Position numbers and translations under genes: made by a program. Below, one piece after another: positions 51,880 to 63,988 of a DNA stretch of 64,000 nt (its first letter is position 1; the number at the start of each line of letters is the position of its first letter). The notes beneath the pieces are model-generated. The model was given only the letters and a program-made list of their open reading frames with translations, made no database searches and was not told the DNA's origin. Source of the stretch: Ramazzottius varieornatus (Eukaryota; Animalia; Tardigrada); NCBI GenBank assembly GCA_001949185.1, contig BDGG01000014.1, positions 713,378 through 777,377 of the forward strand, in the 5' to 3' direction.

Positions 51880-53802
51880 AACGATGATACTAAAGGAGTT
51901 TCGGTATTGATAGTCCACTGCTTATCAAAAACATTTGTGAAGCTAACCTGTTCATGTGCAGGTGCTATCTTCATCCATCAAGATAAGTCGCGGGCGAAGT
52001 ACTGGCAGATGGCAGCTTCTCTGAAGAAACATTGTTCTGAGTTGGTAGACTTGAAGGTGTATGGCACTGATGGTGATCCGGCTTTGTACTAGCCGTTCAA
52101 AGATCTCTTTCCAGCGGCGAACCATCTTCTCTGTGACATACGCATGCGCGATAACATAGAGAAGAAGCTTCGTGCCCTTGGGGAAAAACCTGACGTCTCT
52201 ATGCAGGTCATTCAAGACATCTTCGGAAAGAAGCAAGGCACAGACAAGACGGCTGGTTTGGTGGACTGTGCAGGGGGAGACTTCGATCATGGAAGAAGGC
52301 ACTGACTTTGTCTCGTACTTCAAAGAGAAGAAAGAGCACCTGGTACAGAACTGCATGTCGCTGTCGACACGGATCGCTTGTCAGCTGAACTTGGACGTCT
52401 ATACTCAGAACGCAAACGAATGTATGAACTCCGTAATAAAGCGGCAGACAGGCAAAGAGAAGATGAAGCTTACTCCCTTTGTTGAGGCAATGCAGAAGCT
52501 CGTGCAGAAACAAGAAAAGGACATTGAAGAGACGCTGATCGACCGAACACCTGGAATGGATCTGCTCGACCAATACAACCATCTGAAAGTCCGGGCCACA
52601 GAGTTTTTTCGGGTGTAAGTGATCAGGCGGTAGTCTCGTCCCTTTCGTTAGCTCAAGCCTTTGATAAATTCGAAAGTCAATAATTCTAAGTCTTTAATTA
52701 GGCAATCGGAAAAAGACAGAAAGAAGCTTCTGAGAAAGATACACACCCAGCCTGCGTTGAAGAAGGAAGTAGACGTGGTTATCGTTGAGGATTCTTTGGA
52801 GGGCGAAATTTTCGAGCTCACTCAGAAGACTCTGCCCGAAGCTTCCTCCCCTGGTGCTTCCCCTATTGACTCTGAAGAGTCGCGGCTCGATGGCTTTGTC
52901 GAATATACAAGGTGGACAGCGTCTTCAGTTCGAAGTGAAAGCGCGGGCTTTGATGGACAACAAGAAGTATATCACCGCTGCGCCGGGTGATGACGACATG
53001 TGCTTCATTGTGGCCAGTCACAGCAGCAGAAATCAATTTCATACCGTTATCATTAACCCGAAGACCGGACAGGTAGCCTGCGACGCAAAGACTTGTCATC
53101 CATACAGAGTTGGGAAGATATGTCAACACGCGCTGGCTGTCGCTGCCGTCAAGACGGTCAGCGCGGCATACGCAATGTGGCACAGCAAACAGAAGTCTGA
53201 GGCCCCATTAAACAAGACTGCGTCATTCCAGCTTGCAAAAGGTACTGGACTAAAACGTTACAACCGGACCCAGCGCCGCCTTGGAACTACCGAAAAGACG
53301 TCGCAGGTTTCAACTTTAACTTCTGCTGAAGGTATTTCATCTTTTCTGACCTCATGGTAGCGGAACGATTGTGTGATGCTGGTCGGTTTCAGGTAAAGCC
53401 TTGGCTTATCGAACAGCCGCAGAGAACACAGCGAAGAAGCGAACCAAGAATTCCGTTGCAGCTGTCGAGCCATTCACTTACGAGCTTCGTTTTCTGTCTG
53501 GCTGTCACGGAAGTGTGAAAAAGTGCTTTGGTTGTCATACCGAGTTCCGGTTGGACCGTAATGCTCCCAGTCCCCCGAAAGACCTGGTCGTCGTCAGTCA
53601 GATGATACGATCCTTCAAGAAGAACAATCAAGAACAAAATGGAGAAGTTTCTTCGGTTTACTTCCACGCTAACGCAAAATGCGTTGAGAAGCACGACAAA
53701 GAATTCAACCCATTCGACATCGTGATTCGAACCGAGGACAAAGAATCGTTTGAGCCAAGCCACAAAAAGTTTTTGAAGCAGTTCACCGGAAAGAAGGTCT
53801 AA
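51880..53802 (+). pseudogene. Defective MULE transposase (5' part deleted)
   Basis: GTDGDPAL*PFKDLFPAANHLLCDIR, TQNANECMNSVIK, SWIM finger (CDAKTC..KICQH), C-terminal CFGC..YFHANAKC; stop at 52090, frameshifts, two introns. Confidence 0.88.
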
Positions 53803-54154
53803 GTTCGAAATTAGCCACAGTAAAGTTTTTTGTCTAAATTCTGCGTCTTCAGTCACCCGTTGTATGACTTAGCGAAAAGTTTTTGCCACGGTATTTCGAA
53901 CTGACAACAGGAAATCAGCTGTCCAGTTTGTCATTTTGAATCGGGTAGTGACTGTTTCTAACCGGGCGAGGTTAGCCACGGTCAGCCACCGACCAGTATT
54001 CTGTCATTTCGTGTTATTCGTTCCTTGGTAAATCCGATCGCGCTTAATGCGCTCATTTAGTCAGAGTTCACTCTGCGCCCGAATTTTACGTTTGGTCTTA
54101 ACATCGGTATTTGCATTTCTTACTGAACTTGATCAAAAATATTGTCATTTAAAA

Positions 54155-54841
54155 ATGCGACCCTTGGACTTTGTTGTGCCAGTGAAGGAACGTCAGTTAC
54201 CAAGAATTTCATTGCCGCCGCCCCCTCTCCTCGTTGTTCCAGTGGAAGATCAAGGTCCTTTGGGATATGAAGTGGACGGAATAATCGCAGACAGGACGGA
54301 AAACGGAGTAAAGCAGTACCTTGTCAAGTGGAAGAATTACGATCCGGAAGAAAACAGCTGGCAAATTGCGGAAGACTTGCAAAACTCAGTTGAAACTGTC
54401 GACCGATATCTGAGGAATATTAGGAAGGCGAAACTGCAGACAAAACATAATCGGCTTTGCGACATGTTTACGTATGCGCATTCTCCTGCGTCCAATCCGC
54501 CACCCACTCCTTTCACCGCACCCGTGCATGCGGCTGTTGAAACCGCAATAAAAGAAATTCCATTAAAGCCAACAGGATCATTAACACATGCGATAAGAGC
54601 GATGGTGGAAGAAGACGCGGAAAGCTTTGTTTACTCTGATGTTCTGTATGAACGCCTTACTGTCTCCTTCTTCAAAGAAAAGAACTACGCGGAGCTGAGC
54701 CTGTCTGATCAGAAATCGATCCAGAACTCGGTCAAGTATGCTATGGTGAAAGCGTACCCAGAGGTAGGAAAAACGAAAGCGGAAAGGAGAGGGGGAAGAC
54801 GCGACAGACGCCCTGTCTACAACGGTTTGAGATTCATCTGA
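54155..54841 (+). CDS. Chromodomain protein carried inside the MULE, ~228 aa
   Basis: Uninterrupted ORF (upstream in-frame ATG at 54047); YEVDGIIADR..YLVKWKNY..ENSW..EDL chromodomain with aromatic-cage residues. Confidence 0.85.
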   Translation: MRPLDFVVPVKERQLPRISLPPPPLLVVPVEDQGPLGYEVDGIIADRTENGVKQYLVKWKNYDPEENSWQIAEDLQNSVETVDRYLRNIRKAKLQTKHNRLCDMFTYAHSPASNPPPTPFTAPVHAAVETAIKEIPLKPTGSLTHAIRAMVEEDAESFVYSDVLYERLTVSFFKEKNYAELSLSDQKSIQNSVKYAMVKAYPEVGKTKAERRGGRRDRRPVYNGLRFI

Positions 54842-55268
54842 GACAGTTTTAAATATCTGGTAAACTTTTTCTCTTCAATTTATCAATTATTATTTTCCTA
54901 TTACCATTAATGTTTTATGGATCTTACCCGTACCCCTCGTTTGAAAATTTATTCTGAATTTTCAGTTTTCTGAATTTCTGTCTGTCTTATTTTCGGGGGT
55001 TCCTTGTAAAAAAATTTTTGTCATTCACCTGACACCTCCGTTTTAAAATAGGATAGTCCAGATACAGAGTACAGATCCAGGCGTAATCCAGATACAGAAT
55101 CCAGATACAGGGATCCACCGATCCAGTCCAGGCCCTGGTTTAGCATGTGCCACCGATCAGGTGATCGATATGACATCACACATAACAGCAGATTAAACTA
55201 GTTCCGGCCAGTCTTTTTTCACGGACCTGGACCAATCTTGTCCCACTCGATCGGTCGTTCAACTTATC

Positions 55269-56991
55269 CAGTGGCGGCCCCGTATACAGACTTCTGCCTG
55301 TGACCTTTGCCCTATTGCTGTTTTTGACGTCACAACGCGGAATTTGGGGGGGAACCGGAAGGGCCATTTCCAGTTCTCGACCCAGGTATGGGTCAACATA
55401 CAAAAAAATAAAAAACTCGAAACAAATAGAATAAAAGCTGAAAAAAACTGGGACAGATAGTGTGAAACAAAGTGTAAAATTTACATGCTGTAAAATCAGG
55501 AAAGTAGCGTCGTCGATCAGACCAGGGCCGTAGCCGCCTGTATTGGATGTATCAAACTTTTAGGTATGGGCCGGTCTCGGTACCGAAATACAAAATTATT
55601 TTGATTTGATTGATGAAATACTAGGATGCCACAAAACTGCACTAATATCACAATACATTTGTCCAAAGTCCCCTTCAGAATCCAAAAGCTGGCTTCGAAA
55701 GTTGACCATTCGATGTGTGCTTACATAAGCTCTAATTCGTCTCATTATGTCGAACAATTTCCTTCAACGGCTTCCGAGATAAACCCGGAAAACCACTTTT
55801 GTTCAACTTTCAGGCTGAATAAGTGACCGTTGGTCAGACGAACGGATTTGCTCGTTCGGCCATTGTTCTTGCAAATGAAAAGCTTTACAAACTGTGCTCC
55901 CTAATCTTGATTGATTGATTGAGGAGTGTTTCCTCCTGCTCCGGACACTCATGCTGGTCGAACTTTGCGTACAGACACAATTTTACTATAAAGCAAGAGA
56001 AGAAGCCTGGGTTCACAGATGAGGGAGAACTACGTCGAGGCTAAGGGTACGAGACTACCTCGACCGACATCAGATTTTTTTGACATAGCTATATTCACCC
56101 CTCCTTTGACGTTTCTGCATTGCTAGAATTCATGCGCCCATTGAGCGCGAAGTGATGAACGTTAAACACACATGGAAGTTGGCTCAATGCGCCCAAACCT
56201 GCCTTTGTTCGCTTAAACCAGTTTTACGAAACAGCCTACAGTATCCTGTTTCGTATTTGACAATGCGCTGGGTTTAAAACATGTTGTCACCAACTTATTG
56301 ATAAATATATTCTGCTAAAACAATTTTCCTGAAAGTAATTCATTTATTTGAAAGCTGAATTGATGTGTTTGACGGGTCTAGTTTCTCTAGATGAAAGTCG
56401 AAATGCTATCGTGTTCCCAAGCAGAGCTCCAAATGATGTTGAAAGATTCTGGCCTGAATAGGCAACCATTGTATGCCCACATTAGGACACATCCAAACCT
56501 GAACCCTTGTCAGCACACTTCCAAATTCAACATTCGTCAACATTTCGCCGAAGCAAATTACCTGAATGCTTTTGCATAAACTACCTCGACCTATAAACAT
56601 AATTCCGTAATTTGGTTAACATAAATTGACATGAATTCTTATCGTAATTTATGGTTCATAAGAGTTTGGTAAAGTAATTGCCATAATTAGTTTACTCCTA
56701 TTCACTAGCATCCCTGCATAACCCAACCCAACCCAACTTCATACGGTAAAGCATTTCATTGTTCAAAAATTTCTCCCCCCCCCCACATTGGATGGTTCGT
56801 ATGATCGTTACCCCTGCATTTTTCAGCTCTTATTCTATCTGCTTCGAGTTTTTTAATTTTTGCATGTTGACCCATACCTGGGTCGGAAACCGGAAATGCC
56901 CTTCCGGTTCCCCAAAATTCCGAGTTGTGACGTCAAAAACAGCAATAGGGCAAAGGTCACAGGCAGAAGTCTGTATACGGGGCCGCCACTG
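55269..56991. mobile_element. Non-autonomous hAT-type element with long TIRs
   Basis: ~180-bp TIRs CAGTGGCGGCCCCGTATACAGAC...; 8-bp TSD AACTTATC/AAATTATC. Confidence 0.88.
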
Positions 56992-57059
56992 AAATTATCT
57001 GGTTTGAATTCGATTAATAAGCTCAGGAGAAACATAATAAACAGCTGTTTTCACCGCAG

Positions 57060-60000
57060 TCATTCCACCGTTCCAAACATGTGAAGAAATCTAATAAGCA
57101 TAATGAAGCTAAGAACAACAAATATAAGCATCAAGTACGGATGGTCATAAGCGATTAAGTTATACACTATCACACTAAAGGCGATAGTCAAAAAAAGCAC
57201 TGTAAATGTAGTTTTGGTTAGAAGAGGATCCATAAATTGTTGTAATAGTGCAACGATACCTGGAGTTGGCTTCAAGCTGGTCGAACCTCCATCGGATATT
57301 GTACCATTCTGAACGATCTGATCGCCGCTATAATGTGGGACGGGAACCAGCTTAAGGCCGGCGAAACTGCCGATTTGTTGAATTGCAATACATTTCTTCA
57401 TCTTGTCGGACTTATTCTCGTTGAAAACCGGTGCCTCGCAAATAACCTCACCATTTGGGCCCTTCAGTATAACTTTACCAGTGGCCGTGAACTCCCCACA
57501 GAATATCCCTTTGGCGGTCTTGAATTTCAGCTCCCACAAAATCATGCCGTTTCGCTTCAAAAACAACCCATCAATCTCCAGCAGCAGCAGGACGCTGCCG
57601 TCAGGAGAAGCTGCTATGAGACCCAGGCCAAACTCTGTCTCTGTTTCAATGGTCCGCTGAACGGGGTGAGCAACCCAAATTTTTTCACCATCAACATTAG
57701 CGATAACTAAGTCCCCCGAATCATACAGCCGCAGAGTGCTTCGCCCGTGGCCGATGGTGTTTGTGGTGAAAAGAGGATGGTCGTCATAAGCGCGCAGAAC
57801 AATGGTTCCATCGTCGTTCGTAATCACATCTTTTATGGGGCCAGTGACAAAGTAGTGGTTTCCAAACGAGCAAGGATAGCTGCGTATAATGCTGACAGGT
57901 ATTCCGGCATCAGATATGTCCCGAACAATGAAACCGGCAAACGGATCTAACCTCAGTTCGAATCTTCCATTCGGAGAAACCACCACGTCGTTGCATCCGG
58001 AAAGTTTCAAAACATTTTCGAAGTCTAATGAACAAATCCAGTATCAGATGTCTGATTGCGAGATGGTCATGTTTACAACGAGCTGCAGAATGTTTGATAC
58101 ATAACACAGACCCGCAGCAGCAGTACGAGGCAGCCGGCATGGAGGTATGGAGGGAGAATTTCCGGCATAGAATTATCCACGGAACATATTTTCAAATGGC
58201 TGATAGCTTGGTCATGGTACGTTAAAATTGGGCCGTGGGCAAAGTAAGTCAGGACTGACGTCACGAAGTTTAGGTCTATAAGCCGACGACGGACCGGAAA
58301 AATATGATCAGTGACTCCGCGTTTTCCCGGCGGAGTTACAGTTGAATTAAACTCTCGATCAGCGGCCCATAGACCTGAATTTCGTGACGTCAGTCCTGAC
58401 TTACTCTGCCCACGACCCAATTAATAGGCTTTCTAACACTTCGGCCGACCCATCTTCCTTCCGAGGCAGACATCTCTTCAATTTGCTACCTTTGAGATTC
58501 TGACTCGTTTTAGAAGAATGAAGACAAGCTTTTCCTAATTTGAAAACCATGCAAAGGTAGTTTGAGACAGTAAGTGCCGAGATCTGGCCTGGATATCTAC
58601 ATGCCTAAAACTCGCTGGATATCTTCACGCCGGCTAGCTCGTATGATTATCCCACGGCGGTAACCAAGACCAATCTCTTCGACTGATTGAATGAAAACGT
58701 AGTGAAAATTCATTCAGTACGTCCGACTCGCTTATCGGACCAAAAGATTAATTTACTGAAAGTTCGACAGAAAGAATTTACCCTGGCTATATAAAGCGCT
58801 GGTATACTGTAGCTAACCGGTTTTCCGCTTTTTTGTGATAACCTCCCATTGTTAACCAGATTACCTGGAGAGCCGGTAGACTTCGGTGGCAACAGAATCG
58901 CCTTTATCCTTTGACAAATTTCGGAAGCGTCCGGTCGTTCTTTATGATCCACTTTCAAACACTGCGAGATCAGATCTCTAATGACAACTGGGGTTCTTTC
59001 GCTTGGCAGTATAAACTGGCAGGTCGAAGGGTCGAGCATGACTCTTGCTCGAAGCAAGTTGACCGTTGCTTCCCCTGCGCCATCCAAATCGATGTTTTTA
59101 CTGCGAATATGACACGTTAATCTTCCACCGCTAAGAAGAAATATTAAGACACAGCCAAAGCTCCATATATCACTTTTCCGACCAGGAACCAGGCTTTTAT
59201 TGTTTTTATCAAAATTCCACATCTCCGGAGACATGTAGGAGTGAGTGCCAAATTGTTGAGACATATCACCAGATCTTGTTTGATCTCCATGAATCCAGGC
59301 CGACTGGTCGATGTCGCAAAGTTTCAAGTGCACGAAATGAGCTTTTTGGTATAAAATATTGCCCGGTTTGATGTCCCTGTGGATGATGCTTTTGCTGTGC
59401 AAGTAACTCAACCCGCGAATAAGTTGGTAGGCGAAATGCATGTCGTTGCAAGCGGGTTGGAGATCTATCAGGCACTCTTGTGAAGTGTAGAGATGGCCAA
59501 GATGACGTGCTGCAAAAAGATAAAAGCGTGAAACTGAGGGTAATTTCGCTGTTACCGTTTCCGTCAATGTCGTAGTCGCATATAAATTTGATACAGTGCA
59601 CGCGGAACTTGACCGTCGAAACTGGGCGGGGCGTCCCTGTCGTGGCTATAAGTTACGATTCAGTCCTTAAATAAGGCTTGCATTGTGCCATATGCGCAGA
59701 TTTCATGCGTTTCCCTCTAGCTCCGTCAAAGACATATCAAATACCCATGCTCGACGGTTGTTAGTTGCAGGCGCATAGCTATCGAATGAGACAGAAAACG
59801 TGTTTGCGACGGATGTCCGTCAAAATTTTCACTGACGTCGAACTGTTCCAAGTCGCTAACTCTAACCAACTTACGTTCACACAGTTCCATCAAAAGATTA
59901 AAAGACTTGCTGCCCATATAAGATCCGTAGCCGACTGCATAGTAGGCGACCACATACACAGATTCTCTCAGTGTTACAAGATTCTGTAGATCGGAGAGCT

Positions 60001-60277
60001 TTTCCGCTACTCGCGCAAAGAAAGCGTCATTTCCTGTTACAGGCTTGATAGCAAAAACCTTTCCGTTTCGCGGATCATGTTCGCTTCGGAGGTCGGGGTC
60101 TTCGTGGTCACTATTCGGTACCTGGCACTTGAACACAGCACCACAAGTACCTCTCCCAAGCTCACCAGTTGTTCGACAACGGTACCATTTCTCACCAGGG
60201 AAGGTACTGGTAAACGTAATGTCAGAACCGTCCTGCTGACTGGGAACAAAAGTATTCGGATCGTGCCAAGAAGACAT
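57060..60277 (-). CDS. Ser/Thr kinase - bulb-type (B) lectin repeats - two C-terminal TM helices fusion protein, 3 exons, ~670 aa
   Basis: Exons 60277-59875, 59509-58865, 58024-57060 join at phase-1 GT-AG junctions; GRGTCG, FAIK, HRDIKPGN, DID, YMSPE, SDIWSFG; SPNGRFELRL, DDGTIVL, LYDSGDLVI..IW lectin repeats; two hydrophobic helices at the C-terminus. Confidence 0.75.
58230..58418. mobile_element. Sola-like MITE in intron 2 of the lectin-kinase
   Basis: ~60-bp TIRs GGGCCGTGGGCAAAGTAAGTCAGGACTGACGTCACGAA; 4-bp TSD AATT. Confidence 0.8.
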
Positions 60278-60438
60278 ATTCTAACCGGTGCCTTCTGGAA
60301 CTCCAAACAGTAAACATCTAGAGTTAAACAGTTTGGTTTTACGCTGATCGTCGACAAATTTAAATAAAGCTCGGTTCGTGACACACTCATTGTTATCAAC
60401 ACGTCCGACTCGCTTATCGGACCAAAAGATTAATTTAC
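58719..60438. repeat. Perfect 38-bp direct repeat pair (58719-58756, 60401-60438)
   Basis: ACGTCCGACTCGCTTATCGGACCAAAAGATTAATTTAC occurs twice. Confidence 0.95.
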
Positions 60439-61052
60439 CAAAAGATTAATTATGCGCTACATCGAAGATTTGATAAGATGCACTGTCCCTTGAATTTACC
60501 ACGGGGCTGAAGGTTGGGTTCATAGTGACAAACCGAAGGCTTCGTATGTACTTTGCCCCTACCTGCAGATTTTTCAAAAGATCTTCCTCGACACTGTGCT
60601 CAGAGAAAGTGTCCAGGCCAGCAATGCGTCAGTTGATCCGGGTGGCAAAAGAGCTCTACTCGCAAGCCCTGTGCGTCTACGCATTCGCTCGTTCTCCCTG
60701 GTTGTCAGAACCACTAGCTAGTGGTTTGCTCTGGTACTCCAGTCCGGCACCTCGAATATCCCTCCCGAAACCCACAGCGTCACAGAGAAGCCGATGGTTG
60801 CTGACCACAGAAACATTGCTATATTTTAATGTGCAAACGGCTCGTGGCATCAGGGCAATGCCGAAACGGCCATATTCTGGCAAGATTGACGCTGTCTTCG
60901 AAACAGGCTATTCGACCATCATCAGGGAGATTTTCGAAGCCATTGTCAAGAAATTCAGGAAATAGTTAGATTAGCGTGACGAATTACTCACTCAACCAAC
61001 ATCGAACATCAAAACTTTTGCATTACCGTTTCCATAAGCTGTTTGTAAAATT

Positions 61053-63988
61053 CTAAGGTTTTTCAAGTGGGGTATACAGATGCGGAGAGTTGAGTAAAAT
61101 ACTGAGTGACCCTATGGCATTCCCAATAAAGAAGACCCATAAGAGAAGTCGGTCCACCACCATAGCAATGTATTTCCAGTCATCGGAAACCTAGAGCATA
61201 GAGTTCGGTTTTCGGCTGAGGAAATGGACCAGCTTAGCAAGAAGATTTGGCTTACGTCGCCTTCTTCGTCTTGTTCTTCCATGTTCTGTGCAATGTAAGC
61301 TACATTAGCCATGGCTTGATCGAACCCGGTGTACGCGCGCAGGTATTCGCCCAAAGCCAGAACGTCTCTGAGAACAACCCTGTCACGTTCTTCCGCCCAC
61401 ACACCTGAAAAACTCACCATAAGACCCTCATACCAAAAGATTCGTATGATTCCCTGATTCCCCGGTGTTGCTGCAGCTGGGGTATGAGGCGTCTAAGTAG
61501 AAACCAAGTAGGCAACTGCAGTACCGTCACCGTAGAGTAGCCTGGTTTCTATTCAGCCTTTCCTAATACATGGTAGCTACCAAGTTACCTGATGGACTTT
61601 TGACCATAGTTGGCCGTCTTCTTCCTACCGTCGTCGTCCCTCCATCTCTTCCGTTTGAGTCCATAGCAAAGGCTGTCCCATCTGTGTCGGCATCAGCCGC
61701 GGCGAAGTGGACGGACCCAGCAGTTCGGCTGTCCTTGGGGCTGCGCATGGCCGACTTGTAGGGCAGCGAGGTTGTGTCGTTTGTGGGCTGTGAGATGGAG
61801 GAAGACACAGGGACGAAGAGCGGCTTCTTGACGGATTTGGCTGGTCGACGCATGCGCAGGTACTTTGGAAGGATTTCCAAGAAGGCGCGGCGAACCCACT
61901 TGGACATTCGGTGCGTCTTGGGACTGCGGTAGTACCAGTTGACCAGCACGGTCTCGATGATTACCGAAATAACGTTGCTGGAATAGAAAAATGCATTTCC
62001 ATTCAAGAAGATAGAGTAGAAAAATGGAACAACTATTAGTTTCTAATATTGGGAAAAAAGATTCAAAGTTGATGAGATTACTATGAGATGCCGACAAAAC
62101 GTACCGTTCAAGAAAATGTTCGGCGCACGTTTCACTGTTATAAACTGGAAGCGTGCGCCACTTGGGAATCGCGTTTCCAGATGGCGCACGCTGTCAGTAT
62201 GATTATCATCGCGGTAACGATCTTGCACGTTTCGTTTGTCGGCCTTTCAGATGACTTACCAAACGAAGGTGAAGACCAGAAATTTGGTCATCAGCGGCAT
62301 AATATCCGAAGGCGGCAAAATATCGATCAGAATCAACAGAAAGATGACGATGGAGAAGAGGATAGAGATGGCCAAACAGAGCTTTTCGCCGGAAGCTGTG
62401 GGTAAGTAGAAGATGAAGACAGTCAAGAAGGCGATACAAGCGCATGGAAGAAGGAACGTGATGACATAAAACTGGGATTTGCGAGCGACCAGCAAATCCA
62501 GCTGGACGGATACGTCGGGTGAAGCACCACGACGTCGGTAGATCATACGGTACAGCCGAGCCAGCGGGACACTGGCCACGTCCCACGAGCCACTGGGTTG
62601 TTCGCTGTAGTCTTTCAGCTCCATCTTGGGCGGATCGGCCAGCTCGAAGTCGACTTCCTTGGCGTGGTAAGTGACGGAACGGAAGACCATGTTACACAGC
62701 TGAATCTAGGATGAAAGAAACACTTGTAACAATCTAATTGTATGGTAGAAAGATGCTTAGACCGAGGAAGACAGTGAGGTACTATTTGAACGTTCAATTA
62801 CAAAAGCGATGCACAAAATTAATGTAAAATGTAAATGCGGACAAGTGACACCTAAATGAGTGTAACTCTCTCAGCCCTCACAAAGCAAATTTTAGTGTTT
62901 GGACTCGTGTCTAAGTTTCCACCCGGATAACTTTGGCAGCCACTGTTTTCGAAAAAAAATTTGATACGGCTTTAGAAAACACGCTCATCGGAATATATTT
63001 CGCACGCATGGTCAGGTTTCGAAAGGGATCTGGGCGCTCCAAAGTTTTTTTTTCCCGGAAACGGCGGTTTTTTTTTACAAAACAGCCACTTTCTCTTTAC
63101 AGCTAGACGAATACGAATGGTTCGAATCTCCATGAGCTAATCCGAGTGCTGAATGATGGTACATCATATCGCAAAAAGTTTCGGCTAAACTACTTGGCTC
63201 CAACGGGAGAAAAAATACTCGAAGTTGCTGTTCCAAAACAGGGGACAAGTCATACCTCCGCACCTGATAACATGTGAATGACTTACGTCGAAAGGGAAGT
63301 ACAGTGGGTTGGTGTCACAGCCGCTCTTGAAGATGAAGGGTGGGACCCACAAGACCATGCCTGTATTGTAAATGACCACGTTGGAGCGATAATTGGGCCA
63401 GAATTGTCGGTCCACTCTACGGGAAAAAGATAGACTAGGCATTTGAAAATAATTTGTGCGGATGAAATAGGATAGTGCAACTGACGTGTTGGTCAGTGCG
63501 ACGTCCGGTTGCCAGACTTTGTCGACGGGCAAGCGTAAAACCGACAGTCCGTCGTACAGCTCGGGATTCCATATCAACCTCGTATCATCCCATTGCTACA
63601 CCGTATCCACAGTGAAATATACCGTAGAAGAAAAAACGTCCAAGTTGGACCGGTACCACTGCTTTAATACTTTGCCGTACCATCGCTTGGTCATACGTAC
63701 CATAGTTAAGTAGCCGTTGGTCTTCATTACTTGGTCCATGTCGCTCTATAAACCGAAATAGCCCTAGTACTGCACTGAGACTATTTTTCTTCGACTCTGG
63801 AAGAGCTGTACTTTGAAATTATACACAGTCTCCTGACTACATACCACGAAAACCAGAATGTTTAGTGTCAAGCCGAACTTGACGATGACCGTCTGGTTGG
63901 CCTGCTCCACGGGACGACTGAGCGTGTCATAATTGCGAGCCAGAAAGAGTTCCGTGATCAAGCGGTCTTGCGCCTCTGAGCCCCACAC
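61053..63988 (-). CDS. Nicotinic acetylcholine receptor-like Cys-loop subunit, non-alpha (5' exon outside window)
   Basis: SRPV, WDDTRLIWNP, VWQPDV, Cys-loop CDTNPLYFPFDIQLC, GEK-TM2, RSPKTHRM, DWKYIAMVVDRL TM4; no vicinal CC in loop C; stop TAG 61055-61053. Confidence 0.93.

Larger units (their letters stand above)
51782..55151 (+). mobile_element. Mutator-like element (MULE)
   Basis: Perfect 9-bp TSD ACCGATCAG (51773-51781, 55152-55160); ~55-bp TIRs GGCATATGCTAAAACCAGGGCCTGGACTGGATCGGTGGATCCCTGTATCTGGAT. Confidence 0.93.
51687..55254. mobile_element. ~190-bp MITE split at its centre by the Mutator element
   Basis: CCGATCCAGTGGGGCAGGATTGGGTCCGGGTCC at 51687 versus GGACCTGGACCAATCTTGTCCCACTCGATCGG ending 55254. 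Confidence 0.65.

Noticed and set aside
51306-51974. 222-aa minus-strand ORF
   Set aside because: Runs through the MULE TIR and MITE, so it is chimeric; only a weak C2H2-like pattern (CRKC..H..H) in the host part
60525-60965. 146-aa ORF with faint helicase-like words
   Set aside because: No convincing DEAD-box motifs; likely spurious or decayed
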